A stretch of 24,941 nt of DNA, from the UHGV virus genome UHGV-0019275. One strand, 5' to 3'. The notes beneath the pieces were generated by a model that saw nothing but the letters and a program-made list of their open reading frames with translations, had not been told where the DNA came from and searched no databases. The translations under genes and the position numbers were made by a program. Positions 24,940-24,941 of this stretch are shown here, piece after piece. This stretch comes from a virus. The stretch's first letter is position 1, and each line of letters starts with the position of its first letter.

Positions 24940-24941
24940 AT

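Noticed and set aside
1-24941. CRISPR array or other regularly spaced direct repeats
   Set aside because: No repeat-spacer periodicity anywhere in the window; the only reiterated elements are the invertase crossover sites and short palindromes near cos.

Overview
The window holds about 23.6 kb of a P2/186-family temperate myovirus prophage (enterobacterial type), reversed relative to the canonical P2 map, followed by about 1.3 kb of AT-rich flank beyond the integrase. All calls come from reading the sequence and ORF track and from remembered similarity to P2/186 proteins; no database search was run. Order, low to high coordinate: an invertible tail-fiber segment (alternative fiber C-terminus and assembly gene on the + strand, active H plus assembly gene on the - strand, hix-like crossover sites at 1-15 and 1855-1880); the late operon on the - strand (I, J, W, V, S, R, lysC/lysB spanins, lysozyme K, holin Y, X, L, M, N, O); terminase P and portal Q on the + strand; a 1.55 kb AT-rich two-gene cargo operon between portal and cos; a 186-type cos site; small ORFs; a LexA-box-controlled Tum/DinI-like module; replication initiator A; small early genes; CII-like and Apl/Cox-like regulators; a CI-like repressor with a duplicated HTH domain; a frameshifted small secreted-protein gene; and a tyrosine integrase with terminator. 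The best candidate for an undescribed system is the portal-cos cargo operon (a soluble 272-aa protein plus a 241-aa protein with two N-terminal TM helices), which sits in the position where P2-like phages carry anti-phage cargo such as old and tin. The invertase for the tail-fiber switch and the prophage attachment sites are not visible in the window.
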